DNA from: Pseudovirgaria hyperparasitica
Lineage: Eukaryota
Strand: one strand, 5' to 3'
Assembly (NCBI GenBank): GCA_010093815.1
Contig: ML996567.1
DNA: 64,000 nt
This document shows, one piece after another, positions 12,543 to 25,514 of the stretch; the stretch's first letter is position 1, and each line of letters starts with the position of its first letter. Made by a program: the position numbers and the translations under genes. A model generated the notes under the pieces. That model searched no databases and was not told the DNA's origin. It saw nothing but the letters and a program-made list of their open reading frames with translations.

Positions 12543-14776
12543 TCACAACTTCGAATTCCTGGCCCGCGACTTTGCATCCTCGTCGACCTCGCGCACACAA
12601 TCAACGACCACATCCCACACTGAGCCATCCACAATCCGCTCGAACACATCCCCTATCAATCCGCCCATCGTCGGCGCTCGGATAGAAGATTCCTCCCTAT
12701 CCTCCTCCTTCTCCTCGACACCAGCCCTCTCACCCCGCGCCACCACACCAGCCACGCCCTTATCAACCACAACCTCAGCAAGACTCTTATTCCGCAAAAA
12801 CGGCACCCCACACGTCCTCCGCACAAACCCATACAACCGCCGCGACCCCAGCCCCAAATACTCCACCGTATCCGGACTATCAAAATGCTCCTCCCGCACA
12901 CGGACAAATTCCGCAAGCGAGAACGCAGCGCAGGACGTCGTCCACTCCTGCAGTATCTGCGCGGATTGGACGTGGTGCGGACCAAGGGCGTCCAGCAAGA
13001 CGGGCAGCGTGGCTTGTGCTGCCCCGCGGAAGCGCTCGGGCGAGTCGAGGCTCATGCCGGCGACGAGACGGGCCTGGAACGCGGACCAGGCGGCCTGATG
13101 GATTTCCTCTGCCGCGGCGACGGTGATGTCGATGGGAGCGAAGACGAGGCGCTGGAGGTGAGATTTGAAGAGCGGTTCGAGGGCGGCGCGGAAGCGCAGG
13201 TCCATGGAGCGGATGTCGAGGGCTTGGCAGAGGGCGACGAGGGCGGCGGCGATCATTTGGGCGAGGACGGCGAGGGCGTCGAGGGTGTAGCGGCATGCGA
13301 TGAGGGCGAGGGAGTTGAGGGATTGGTTGCCCATTTCGGCGGTCTGGACGTGGGAGGCGACGGAGCTGGCGAGGAAGCCGAGTTCGGACTGGAGGGCGGC
13401 GACGAGGATGTCTGTGCCCTTCCAGATGAGGGATGTGCTGGGTTCGTCGATGACGAGGTTTGGCGGCAGGCCTCTGTTTGTGGAGGGGTTGATGAGCTCG
13501 GTGGTTTGGGTGAAGAGCATGCGGCCGATGGACTCGCAGGCCTGGCGGACTTTTTCCATGGCGCTGGTGACGCTTTTGGCCTGGAAGTTGCCGCCGTGGA
13601 GGACGCGGGCGGTGTCGGTGTCGAGGAGGGGGTTGTCGGTGATGGAGTTGAGTTCGATTGAGATTTGGGAGAAGGCGAGCTGGATGTCTTCCACGATGGG
13701 ACCGAGCCATTGGGGGGCGGTGCGGATGGAGTAGCGGTCTTGTCGGAGCGTGTTGTTGCTCGCGTGGCTGTTTGATAGGAGTTGCGAGCCCTGGAGACAG
13801 TGGCGGATCGTGTTTGCGACTGATATCTGGCCTGGGTGCGGGCGCACTCTCGCGATGAACGGGTCGAAGCTCTCGTCGGTGCCTGCGAGGGCTTCGACGC
13901 TCATGGCAGTCAACATCTGGGCTAGGTTGGATAGCAGGATTGCCTCGTGCATGGCCAGGGCTCCCACAGATGCAGACACAGCGGTGCCATTGACGATCGC
14001 TAGGCCTTCTTTTGGACCTAGCTGGATGGGCGAAATGTTGCTGCTCTTCAGCGCCGCCTTTGCGCTCTTCAGATACCTAGATTTGCCCTTCTTAACTCGG
14101 ACAATGGCATTGGATCGGCCCTGGAGAGCGGCGCCGATGTATGCGAGAGGACTGAGATCTCCAGAGGCGGATATGCTACCACGCATCGGTATGATGGGCG
14201 TGATGTCTTCATTGAGAAGCGACAGCAGAGTCTCGAGCGTAGTCACTCGGATACCGGAGGCTCCACTCGCCAGTGAGTTTGCTCGTACGAGCATGGTGGC
14301 CTTGACCCAAGTCTCTGGCATCGACACCGAAGGGCGCAACACGCTTGTGGAGGGTTCCTGAGCAGCGTTCGGTCGTCGCATCTGTAACTCCTCGGGGACG
14401 AGGCCAAACCGTAGAAACTCAATCAGATTGTCCTGTAGTTGATAGACGTGCTCCGTGCGAGTATCTGCGCTGCCACCGAACCCGGTGTTGACGCCATATA
14501 TGACTTCGCCATTGGCTAACAGTGTCTCTACCAGAGCCGAGCTCTTGTTGATAGCTGCAATTGAGGCTTGGTCCAGGTGTGCTTTCTGGCCATATCTGCT
14601 ATCGTGAGAACAATGCCCTTGCAACCAAGCAAAATCGAAACCTACCGAGAGACGGCGATGACGTCCGCGACAGTGATGTTTCTGCCTGACAACGCTATCG
14701 GGCCTTCTTTCAACGCACGCTTCAAATGAGCCCAATGCGCTACAGTCAGCGACGAGAATGAATTGAAGGTAGGCAT
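12543..14776 (-). CDS. PAL: Phenylalanine ammonia-lyase (MIO-dependent aromatic amino acid lyase); 2 exons
   Basis: YGVNTGFGGSADTR, GSISASGDLSPL (ASG forms MIO), KEGLAIVNGT, LRQDRYSIR, HGGNFQA, NQSLNSLAL. True N-terminus MPTFNSF...ITVADVIAVSR starts at ATG 14776, with intron 14596..14645. Confidence 0.95.
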
Positions 14777-16586
14777 GTCTTATTCATGCTCAAAGTAAAT
14801 CGGAGAAAAAGGGAAGGAAAAATACGGGGATGACCTTGCGAAGTAGTAGCGGTAGACGATTTATATCTGCAAAAAAAGAATATGCGAGATGAACCATGAA
14901 GCGTGACAATGTGAGACGCGTTTCGCGGCAAAAAGATACCTACACTCTGCAAAGCATTTAGACTCTGTCACATTCGTATGCCGCTCGATCTTTCTATCTT
15001 TGAATTGCAAATCCTGGTGGCGTTGTTTTCCCCATGCACGTCCCTTGAAGCAGTCTAGCAGTCTATTCCTGGTTTGCAGTGATCTGTCACACGGGGTCTC
15101 CCAGCACGAGGAGGATGTTGCATGAATAATCAACACAAAGCACAATATCTGCCGAGTGCGCCGTACTAAGCGATTCATGCACTTCGGCTGATACAAGCTA
15201 CATACTCACGTGTATAGATATATACATACACACAAGAGGGCTGGCGCACTTTTGTGTACCATCGGAATTCAACAAAAACAAAACAACAAACAATAAAAAC
15301 GACAACTGCTGACATCACGTTCACTCGAACGATATCACTCGGAAGTTGCGGTGAGCCCCTGAGGTGACAAATGCCCGTGCCTGAGAGGAAGGCGCTAGTC
15401 CAGATTCGACTCATAGGCTAGAATAGCTGCATAGAAGTCGTACACTTCTACTGCAGCCATCACCTCCAGGTCATCGATTCACAGTTGGCCAACAAAGCAG
15501 GGCTGCCACAGGTGTGAAGAGATAGCTATGCTGATAGGCTTTCCAAGCTTGCATCATATCATGGCATTACACTACACTCAGCCCTACAGTAGCGGCTATC
15601 TAACGTAGTCACCGAAAAGGCCGTATATCTAAGCCCCTTTCGGCGCTCGCTAATGCAAGTGAAACTCACTACCGCACAGGAGGCTGGTTGCTTGCTGTAA
15701 GGGGTTAAGCTGGAGCTTGCTCAACTCGCTATCATGTCGAAGAACGCGCGGAATATGCAACGAAACCTATCGAACTCGCATACAAGTCCTATCGGAGCCC
15801 TCCCGCTATCGATCAGGCTATCAGAAGCGACGATGGTTGTGGTGCAGCAATAGGATTCCATGCTGACAATTATGTGCCTATCACCAAATCAGTCTGCACA
15901 GCGGGTGTTCTTCGCAATCTGCCAGCAGTTGAGCAAAGGCATCCTTGCTAAGATACGCCCGAGCCAGCCCGGACTTGCAAATGACTTTCACCTGAATCCG
16001 AGGTTTATACGTCTTGGCAAGCGAAGGTCAACAATCGTTACCGGCGACACACCCAGCAGGAAACTGTATTTGTTGAGTCAAGCACTAGAACACAGCACGG
16101 CTGGGCCGTTCAGTATATTGATTAAAATGTTAGACACTATAGTGAAACAGGACGATTAGAGACCAACCATCTTTGCGACGGAATCACTACTACTAACTTG
16201 GAATATCCGTCACCCATGCCTCTGTCAAGTCCTCAAAGGTCCTCGGTGCATACACAGCAGAGATGCCTGCCGAAATGCTGAAAGTGAGCTGCTGCATGAT
16301 AGTCTTATCTCGATGGAGAAGTAGCTAGTGGGTTCAACTGTAGCTACATAGTTATAACATGGCTAACAGCGAGACTATATTGGTTCCTCGTGTGAGATGT
16401 GGCGTGTTCGCGGAGCAGACGGATAAACACTAGGTCGAGAGCTATGAATTATGTCGTGACGATCCATCTAGGATCTTATGGGAGGCCAGAGCCTTGCACC
16501 CAGTCCGGAAGACTTGGTCGTATATAAACCGATTTGTGGTCGTTCGAGCATGCATGGCCGCATGTATGTGGCAACCTTTCGACAAG

Positions 16587-16919
16587 CTAACCACAAGTGA
16601 AGAAACAGCCAATTTGCTTGAAACTACAATCATAGCAGAACCTGCGGAGGTTCCGGTGGACTCGTTGTGCCTCAGCAAACTCGGAAGAGTCCCGGACTCT
16701 GTAGCAGGCAGAACAGCATAATAGCCCGTACTTTTCCGCGACGTTGGACTGGTGGAACACGACGAGATCCTCTTCTCTTGTAAAGTTCCTCGGCCTAACC
16801 AGAGTAAAGAGATGGAAACACGTCAGTCGTAGCATCATCTGCTCCGCTGAGCAAAGATAACTTGCGATTTCGAGGTGCAGCTCACCCGGCAGATGCATGA
16901 AAGTAGAGCGTTCAGACAT
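16587..16919 (-). CDS. Small F-box-like protein with C-terminal CxxC...RFCxxC
   Basis: FMHLPGELHLEIASYL...LRLTC is an F-box signature, followed by LLCCSACYRVR...F...RRFCYDC. The 3' end may have another exon. Confidence 0.65.
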   Translation of the reverse strand: MSERSTFMHLPGELHLEIASYLCSAEQMMLRLTCFHLFTLVRPRNFTREEDLVVFHQSNVAEKYGLLCCSACYRVRDSSEFAEAQRVHRNLRRFCYDCSFKQIGCFFTCG

Positions 16920-17732
16920 GGGAGAAAAAGATCGAAATGTTTCTTGGGAAATGCTTAGAAGCTGTGTGATGCCTTCTGACGTGCGTTGTAGCAAGGGACT
17001 TAAAGCTTATTAAAACATTTTTCAACGACGAGCATGCTTGAGAAACTACGTAAGTACATATATTTCTAGAGGCTGATGGATGTAAGACACCAAGCCTCAG
17101 TCAGCATTAAACGTCGGAACCATGATGGACGGTATCCCCGATTAGGAAATTTTGGGTCCAATCTTCAGTTCCGAGACTAGACACTCAGCATTTGAGTGCT
17201 TACTAGGCCAGCCACAAGCAAGATCGTCAAAGTCATCGCGAGTACAAACCAGGGAATTGGCCCCAGGATCCGTGGGAACAGGACATGCTATTTGTCTGTT
17301 TCGTGGTCAGGACAGAGGCCATAGAATGTTGACCTACGGACGAAAGCATGGCATCATTAGCGCTGTAGAGTGCCGGGGACAACAATAGAGCTAGTGAATG
17401 AAGATGCTCAACGGGCTGAGCGAAGATATATGAGATATAGTTGTGATACCGATGGAATGATGAAGTGGATAACGGACAACGGAAGAGAGGGACATATATG
17501 ATTCTTGATTCGGGGTCCGTGCGCCCGTAGTGCAGAGTCGCGTAAACGTCATGTCAACCGCGCGCATACACTTGGAAGGTGAAGCACAACATCGGTGCCA
17601 GGATCCTTCATGATGAAACGTCCAGAGCAATGATGATATGCCTCCATAAACCTCGAGCTGGTATATGTGCTCTGGACCGGTAGGACTATGGGCCATTCTT
17701 GAACTGACTGACCCTTGACTTTGACTTGCAGT

Positions 17733-19725
17733 ATGGCGACTGAGCAGACCTCGGACGCCGCACAAGAGGCTCACAAGAGCATCACCTCAGAAGACCCTAA
17801 CTCACCTCTACCCACCGATGGCACTGATGATAATGATGCATTACAAAGCACCTCCGAACCTGTATTAGATGTCTCCAGAGAGAACACCCCGCCGCCACTG
17901 CCACCACGACCACGGCAGAGACCAGATGATATTCAACATGGTTCGAAAACGTTAGCCGTGCCTGTAAGGGGTGCGCGCCCACATCTGCAGTCGAAGGCTA
18001 CAACGGCGCTCTCTTTACAAGATGTACACACACAGAGTGAGAGTCGGAGGAACTCATACTCAGCGCACGTATCGCGGAAGCGCAGTATTATAAGCCTAAG
18101 GAAAGGCCGAAGCAGAAGTGGGAGCGAGGTGGACGATGTCGCAAGTATAAAAAGCTATGCGCCCACCCTAGGCGTTGGCGCAGATGTCGAAAGCATATTG
18201 GGAGAGGTCCTCAAAAATCAAGAGACGGGCCTCAGGAGCTTAAGTGAACACTTTGCTCTATCACAACAGCAGGACGTGCTGTTTCCTGCAGATCCAGAAT
18301 TCGAAGAGGCCTATCTACACGAGTTCGACTCGCTGACTGATGTGGAAAGCGACAACATGAATGAAGGTCAGCTCGAACTCGTAGACCATGGTCATGTTGT
18401 GCCATAGCTAATATCATTTGTATGTAGATGCCGTCCTCCAGCAATGGAAGCTAAAGTTGAAGCATTTCATGATCCTTTCCTCGGCCGGAAAGCCCATCTA
18501 CAGCCGTCATGGCGACGATCGCCTCATATCCCACTATATTGGTGTCATACAAACCATCATCTCCTTCTACCAGGATGCTGAAGACGGTCTCCGAGGCTTC
18601 ACAGCCAATGATACTCGCTTTGTGATTCTCTCCAAAGGCCCTCTGAACCTCGTTGCCATAAGCCGCTTGAGCGAGAGTGACTCGCAGCTGCGCTCCCAGC
18701 TCGAAGCTCTCTACATGCAAATCCTCTCCACGCTGACCCTTCCCAGCATGGAACGCATGTTCTCTAACCGCCCCTCGACTGACCTCCGCCGTCCACTCGA
18801 AGGTACCGAGACTCTAATATCCGCCCTTGCAGACGGCTTTACACGCGGCTCACCGTCCACGCTCCTATCTGCGCTCGAATGCCTCAAATTGCGGAAGTCA
18901 CACCGCCAAGTTATCAACAATACGCTCCTCAAGACACGCTCGCCAAATTTGCTCTACGGCCTCATTGTAGCCAGCGGCAAACTCGTTAGCGTTGTACGCC
19001 CCAAGAAGCACTCCTTGCACCCTGGCGATCTCCACCTGATCTTCAACATGCTCTTCGAAGCTGGCTCCGTCAGAGCTGGCGGTGGCGAAACCTGGGTTCC
19101 GCTGTGTCTGCCTGGCTTCAACAACACCGGCTATCTCTACATGTACGTCAGCTTCTTGCGCGCCGAAGACGACAAGCTCGAGGAAATTTCGGAGCGTCCC
19201 GATATATCATCTGAGCAGGACGAAGTAGCCATAATTCTCATTAGCGCAAACAAAGAAAGCTTCTTCGAGCTAAAACAAATGCGCGACGACCTCGTCTCAC
19301 AGCTAGCGAAAAACCGAAGCTTGTCGCATATCAACAGTGCTATCAAGTCTGGACGCCCGAGCTGCACAGATATCGTTCCCGGCACACCGCTCCGCCATTT
19401 CCTATACAAATCGCGTGGAAACGTGCAGTTCACCATGCCGTCATTCGCCCCGCATATCTCGTCCGACCTTGACCGGCGCCGCCTGATATCCTTATACCAC
19501 GACCTCTCCGCCAGTATCCACGCGAAGCCAACGACTCTGAAGGTGCATCACAATGTAGGCGTGCACTGCATCAGTCTTGCATGGGCGACTTCGTTTTTCG
19601 AGCTCTACTGCGTAGCACCGGGGACAACGAGTCGGATAGCGTTGACGCAGGCAGCGAATAAGATTGTGGAGTGGGTGCGGAGAGAGGAGGAAAGGGTGTT
19701 TATCATTGGCGGTGCGGTGTTTTAG
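17733..19725 (+). CDS. MON1: Vacuolar fusion protein Mon1 (Ypt7/Rab7 GEF subunit); 2 coding exons
   Basis: [45 protein letters not shown], and the C-terminus VFIIGGAVF. Intron 18367..18427. A branch/acceptor (CTGAC..TTGCAG) just before the ATG suggests a 5' UTR intron. Confidence 0.95.
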
Positions 19726-19957
19726 ACGTTAATATCGGCCCTGCGCGGGCCTGGACTATGGAATACGATGTCTCCCCAAAGATGGAGTTTGGCATCGACT
19801 GGCTCCGAGGCATGGCGCACCTACACGTTCTCGAATATAATACGCCGGTCGTCACCAACGCCGCTCAAACCACTGAAGGTCCTGATACGCAATTTATCTC
19901 ATATTCGTACCTCAACTCAAGCTCTATAAAGTATGCTGCCAAAAGTCCTAAACACCC

Positions 19958-21530
19958 CTACCATCCGCGGCCCCGAACCCAGACATCCACAACCTCCTCG
20001 CCGCCATCCACAACAAGATACCACCCAAACGCAGCTCCCGCCACACACGCATGATTCGGCCACACCATCACCTTCTCACCAACACCCATCCGCCGCATCT
20101 TAATCCGCGCCTCATCTCCATCCCGTTCCACCGCACCCTCTTCCGCATGTTCCCCGCGCCAGCCCAGAATGCTGTGCTCCTGCGAGATCTTGTCCACAAC
20201 CCAGCCCGTCGGCGCCGCCTCGCTGTACGTCACGGGCACGACACGCTTGACACTAGCATCATCTGCTTTGATCGCACACGCAGCGGCGTACGTCGCAGAG
20301 CCGACGTCAAGCCACGGCGTCACGACGCCCCAGGCGCTGTAGCTCTTGCATGGCTCACGGCCCAGCGCGAGTGTACCGGCGGCGACGAGCACTTGTGGCG
20401 TGGGCCGGTCGGTGTACACGCTCGCGACCTCTACCATGACGCGCAGGGCGATGTGGGACGTGTCGAGCGCGGCGACGGTGTTCTCGGCGGCCGACGGGCG
20501 AGCGTGCGTGGCGAGCTGTTGGAGGTCGAGCACCGGGTAGACGCCGGCGTGGGCCTCGAGGTCGTGGTCGCGGCGCAGGGCGTCGATGAGGCTGCGCAGC
20601 GAGGCCGTTTCGGGGCTGGGTGCGCTGAGGATGTTTTGGATTGCGGTGGCGGTGGGTGTTGCGCCGAAGGATAGGCAGAGACGAGTTTTTGGGAGGCCGG
20701 GGTAGGTAGCGATGAGGGCAGCGGCAGCGCGTAGGCCTTCGAGCTCGCTTTGGAGATAGGAGAGGGCGTCGGAGGGGGTGTTACCGGAGTAGGAGTCGCC
20801 GCGGTGCGAGTAGAAGCCGGCGAAGCGGATGGCCTTGGATGAGGACGTGAGGGCGGAAATCTCGGATAGGGTGGATTCCATGACGGGGCTGTCGACGGGG
20901 ATGCCGGAGCGGTGGTAGCCAGTGTCGACTTTGATCATGATGTCGAATTGCGCGTTGGCGGTGCTGGTGTACTGAGCGATGCCTTGCACGCCGGCTAGAC
21001 TATCGACGAGGAGGATGAGGCCGTTCGAGGATGGACTTGCGAGGGTGCTGGAGATTTCTGCGAGACGGCGGAGTGTTGATGGGGGAGTGGGCATGCCGTA
21101 GATCATCTTCCCTCAAATCAGTCCCATCATCGTCCCTGGACTACAATACACTTACATTAACCTTCCGTCCTTTCTCCTTACATTCCAGCATGTACGGGAG
21201 CAAGAGTTCCATCTCCGCAACCGTGCTCGCGACCAGTCTCACCGGTCCCGTCTCGCCAACTTGCAAACGAGTGAGTTCGACGGTCTGGTCTGATCAGATG
21301 GCGCTTTCCTTCACATAAATAGTTAGTAGACTTACTTTGTGCGTCTTGACGTGTGCGCGAAACAGCACACCTATGGCAGCAGCAGACTGGAGCATTGCAT
21401 CGCAGTTCTTGCGGATCAGGGCAAGGTCGAGAATCGCGGCTGGAGGATCAATCTGCGACAGCGTCTTGCCGATGAAGCGCTCCTTCAGGGGCTGCGCATC
21501 AATGAGCGGGGGGCAGTGGTTGAGCGACAT
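19958..21530 (-). CDS. DSD1: PLP-dependent D-serine dehydratase (alanine-racemase fold, Dsd1-like); 3 exons
   Basis: FRAHVKTHK (PLP lysine), IKVDTGYHRSG, FYSHRGDSY, EAHAGVY, ISQEH and PNHAC. Introns 21285..21335 and 21107..21155. Confidence 0.88.
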
Positions 21531-22280
21531 TGTGAGGTGAAGATGAATCTACTGTATTGGTTTGAGAATGGAGGAAGAGGAAGGGTGATGGTGAATGAAA
21601 AGACTGGCAGATTTTCGAGGGTTAAATAAGACTGGTGTTATCTACTCGGTCGTGCTTCGTAGAAAGCTGGGGGCAATAGATTTCTGATCTTGGGCCAAGG
21701 TTAGAAAGCTGGGGGTAATAGAAACGTGATAAGGCGAGTCATAGGGTGAAGGACGTCAGAAGAGTTGTTGCATCGTGTGGAGCCGCCGGTAAATAGTGCT
21801 GACTACGGACAACGGCGCGGAGCGATAGTACGGTTCACATATACGATGCCTCTGGAGTGGTGATGCAGGCTCGAGACGATGTTTTGATTTATACTACAGT
21901 ATATCAGATATTGGCGACAGAGTTGTCGCATCGTCTTCCAGCATGGCATTCTCGGTTCTCGATTCTCACTCAGCCTTGTCGGGACTAGTTGCCTCTTTCG
22001 GCACTAGCGTCGCGCGTCGGGACAATCGACATGGCGCATTTTCTTGGAACAAAGAAAGCTAAACACTGATTGATGCTCCCCTCACTCACTACGCCTCTTC
22101 CCCACCGACCATCACTCCTACTCCCGAGGAGGGCAATACACTTGATTGTTTGCTGATCATGGCCACCTCTACAGTACACTCTCGTTAACCTAAAGGCCTC
22201 CGATTGTCTCATCACTACCTTCTAATCCATCGATCCTGCTACCTCCTTTCTACGGCGAACAATCCCCCCAAATCGCAACA

Positions 22281-24467
22281 ATGTCCAACGACAACGAAAG
22301 CTTCCCCCGTCTCCGCTGGTCCCGCAACACTCAGCAGCCGGAACGTCCGCATCACCGTCGTAGTCTGAGCGATGCCCTCCGCTTGATGCGCACACGCGAG
22401 GAGCAGGACAACCTGCTTGGTGACGATGAGCGAGTGGACACGGAAGAGGGGCATGTGCAAGGGCCGGAGCAGATCTTCTGTCCAAATCCCCATGCTGAGT
22501 TACCGGTCTACACGACGCTGCATAGGATACGGAGGCTGGTCATGGCGAGCATAGACGACCCGTACTCCTTTGAGCAGCTGAAGGAGCCACGAATGAACGT
22601 GCTGATTGTGAGACCGTTGGTGGATCGGTTGTATGACCCCGAGGACGTGTCCGTCGGTGAGTAGTCGTGGAGCATTGGTGCGGTGGACCAGGACTGATTG
22701 GTTGCAGTATACTGTTTGTTAGTAAATAAAGTCCAGTTTCTGCGTGAGCAGACGTCCCAGACACATCATGAAACGGTCAGCATCACACGAGCCACACTAT
22801 GCGAGATCGTGGCATCGAAGATTCTGAGACGGATTGACGAAGAGCATTCCGGCCGGCCCGGACTTTTACTTCTTGCCAACGTTCTTGTGGCCAGCTTCGA
22901 GCCGTTCCAGCAAGCACCAGATGAGGTCCTGAGCGAGAGTGGACATCACAGCAGACGGACGAAACGAAATCGAAGAGGAGGATATGAGGGAACGTTGACT
23001 GCGCTGGAAGTCGCAATCATATCAAAGAGCAAGTTCTTCTTGAGCGGTTCGGCGTGCAGGAAGGTTGTTGATGCGGTCTACCGCGGTAGAGTAGTCTACA
23101 CACCGACGTCCTTTATGGACATACTGCCGGACTACTACAAGCACAAGCCAGTATCGCTATATGATCCCCGCAAGGCCCCTATCTTCAACCAGTACCGCCT
23201 GATCGTGCCACGCACCCGAAACCTGATTGAGATCTTTCAGTTCCTGATTCTCTTCATCCTCTACGGCATTGCAATGCACTACCGCGACCACACCCAATGG
23301 ACGGCACCCGAAGTCCTTTTCATAGTCTACGCTGCAGGCTGGGTGCTTGATGAGCTTCTTTCCATCCTCGAGCATGGCTGGGACGTCCACACGCAGAATC
23401 TGTGGTCCTTTCTCGACATATCCTTCTGCGTCATCTACATCACCTACTTGACGGTCCGCATACACGGCTGGGCGGTTGGCAACATGGAACAATGCCGGCA
23501 AGCCCTTGACCTGCTGTCGATAGCCTCTATACTTCTCTTTCCACGCATCGCATTCAATGTTGTACCGGACAACATGCTGTTCCTCTCGCTGCGCGCCATG
23601 ATGGCTGACTTTACCGTGCTCACCCTGCTCGCCGTATGGTGCTTCGCCGGGTTCCTGCTCGCAATGCGCTGGCTTGCTGCCGGCCGTGCCTTTGATGTCT
23701 CGGACGATGACACGAACCCCATCACAATCTCGAAATGGATGCTCTTCATATGGTTCGGCCTCGACGGCACGGGCATCCAACAGGCGCCCACGTTTCATTT
23801 GATTCTGGGTCCCGCACTCATGGTGCTCTTCGCGTTTCTCGGAAACACGCTCTTTCTCACCGTGCTAGTGGCCATTCTCACGAATACATTCAGCAAAATC
23901 GCTGCCGACGCGAGTGCTGAGATCCAGTTTCGACGCGCCGTGCAGACGTTTGAGGGTGTCAAATCTGACAGTTTGTTCCTATATCGACCCCCATTCAACA
24001 TTTTGGCCCTCGTCATCCTCCTCCCATTGAAGTTCATCCTCTCGCCACGATGGTTCCACAAAATCAACGTATTCTCCGTCAAAGCGCTGAACTTTCCCAT
24101 TCTGCTGTTCATCGCACTACACGAACGCCGCAGCCTCTGGACACGCAAGAAAGCCACCGTTTCAGGCGGTCCGAACAAGAAGAAGCGGCTGTCGCTGAGC
24201 AATCTGACCCAGGGCTTCGACGTGCACGGCGACCTCAAGGCTGTCTTCGAGGCGGACCCGCCGACGAGCGTGCTGGATGCGATTGAGGAAGAAGACGACT
24301 TGGACGAGGCTATTCTGGAGAACAGCTTTGCGCATGGGCCTAGGCATGGGGATAGTCTGAGTACGCGCGGCGTGAGCGTGAGTCCGGGGGCGTATAGTGG
24401 CAGTCCGGGGAGTGGCGGCAGGAGGCGGAGGTTTAGTAGTGTTGTTACGGCGGCGCAGGTTACTTGA
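22281..24467 (+). CDS. YVC1-like TRP-family non-selective cation channel; 2 exons
   Basis: Intron 22657..22707. Motifs YCLLVN..QF, CEIVASKIL, ALEVAI, multiple hydrophobic helices, pore region WFGLDGTG, FLGNTLFLTVLVAILTNTFS and PPFNILAL. Confidence 0.85.
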
Positions 24468-25177
24468 GGGGGTTTGTGTGGGCGTGTTGAGTGGATGGAT
24501 AGATAGTTTTGATACCCTAGGAGACCCTTATTGTTAATCTGATTGGGCTGTATCCGTCTGTCGTCCTGGATGAATGAGATGTGAGGCGAACTTGAATTCT
24601 TTCGTAGTATTTATCATACTATGCCGCCCGCGCACACTGCGAGAATACAATCCGCAGCCGGTAGTGCTATGCTGACATGCCTCTCCAGCAACCACGATGG
24701 AAACTATGACATGGCGCAAGACCTCCTAATCTCATTCGCATATCACACTCCACCGCAACACTCATCAAATTATCATATATACCCCCAACATGACGAGTCC
24801 CACGTCAGTGTCATGCCAAGGTAATAAACACTAGACAGAGGCTTGGTACTAAGGCTGAGAATGAACTTCGGAAAACAGAATTGGAAATGGGAGGTTGGTG
24901 TGGAGGGCTTTATGGTGTTCATCAATTTGTGTGGGACGCTAGGGGTTGTAGACCTTCTATCATATTGGCGCGGGCGTGGTGTGACGTTGGGTGTGTGTTC
25001 ATGGGTGCGTTTGTGCCTTGGTGTACCATATATGTTGTATCATGTCGTGGATTGTAGGTGAGGCTGCGGATACGTTTCGATTTCACCTGAGGATGAGACA
25101 GGTGGGTGTAACGAGGGAATAGATTTGGTCTTCCAGTCCGTATCCTTGAGGTCCGCGGTGGTAAGTGATGATTCTTA

Positions 25178-25229
<52 letters not shown>
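25178..25229. repeat. (TGTC)13 microsatellite
   Basis: Perfect tetranucleotide repeat, 17 nt downstream of a GTAAGT at 25161 (possible 5' UTR intron). Confidence 0.95.
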
Positions 25230-25514
25230 ATAGAATATGATGTTGGGCGTGTGAGATGCCGCCACGTCCCGTATCTGCGCCCGATTCTCAATAGTCGTTT
25301 TGAGGCATTTGACGACGCGCTGATCTGTTTTGAGACTCGGGCATCGTCAACGATTTCGACGCGTCTGCGATGGATGGTGTGGTATATCAAGTAGACGTGC
25401 CCACCCTGCTTCCTGCCTTGCATCGTCGCGTTGGACTCGCATCACTCACTACACAACACAACACAACGCCATCGCAAGTTGCGATATCCGGAAAAAGAAA
25501 CAAAAAAGAAAATC

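Noticed and set aside
12656..14361. Long ORFs overlapping PAL (12880..13710, 12885..13661, 13300..13734, 13750..14361)
   Set aside because: Shadow frames caused by high GC3 codon bias of PAL; no independent motifs.
14596..14735. ORF-track N-terminus of PAL (MGSFEACVERR...)
   Set aside because: Reads through an intron from a non-ATG start; the real first exon is in another frame starting at ATG 14776.
19958..24467. Including D-serine dehydratase and the channel in the PAL cluster
   Set aside because: They are separated from PAL by housekeeping MON1 and are widespread conserved genes; no evidence of a shared pathway.
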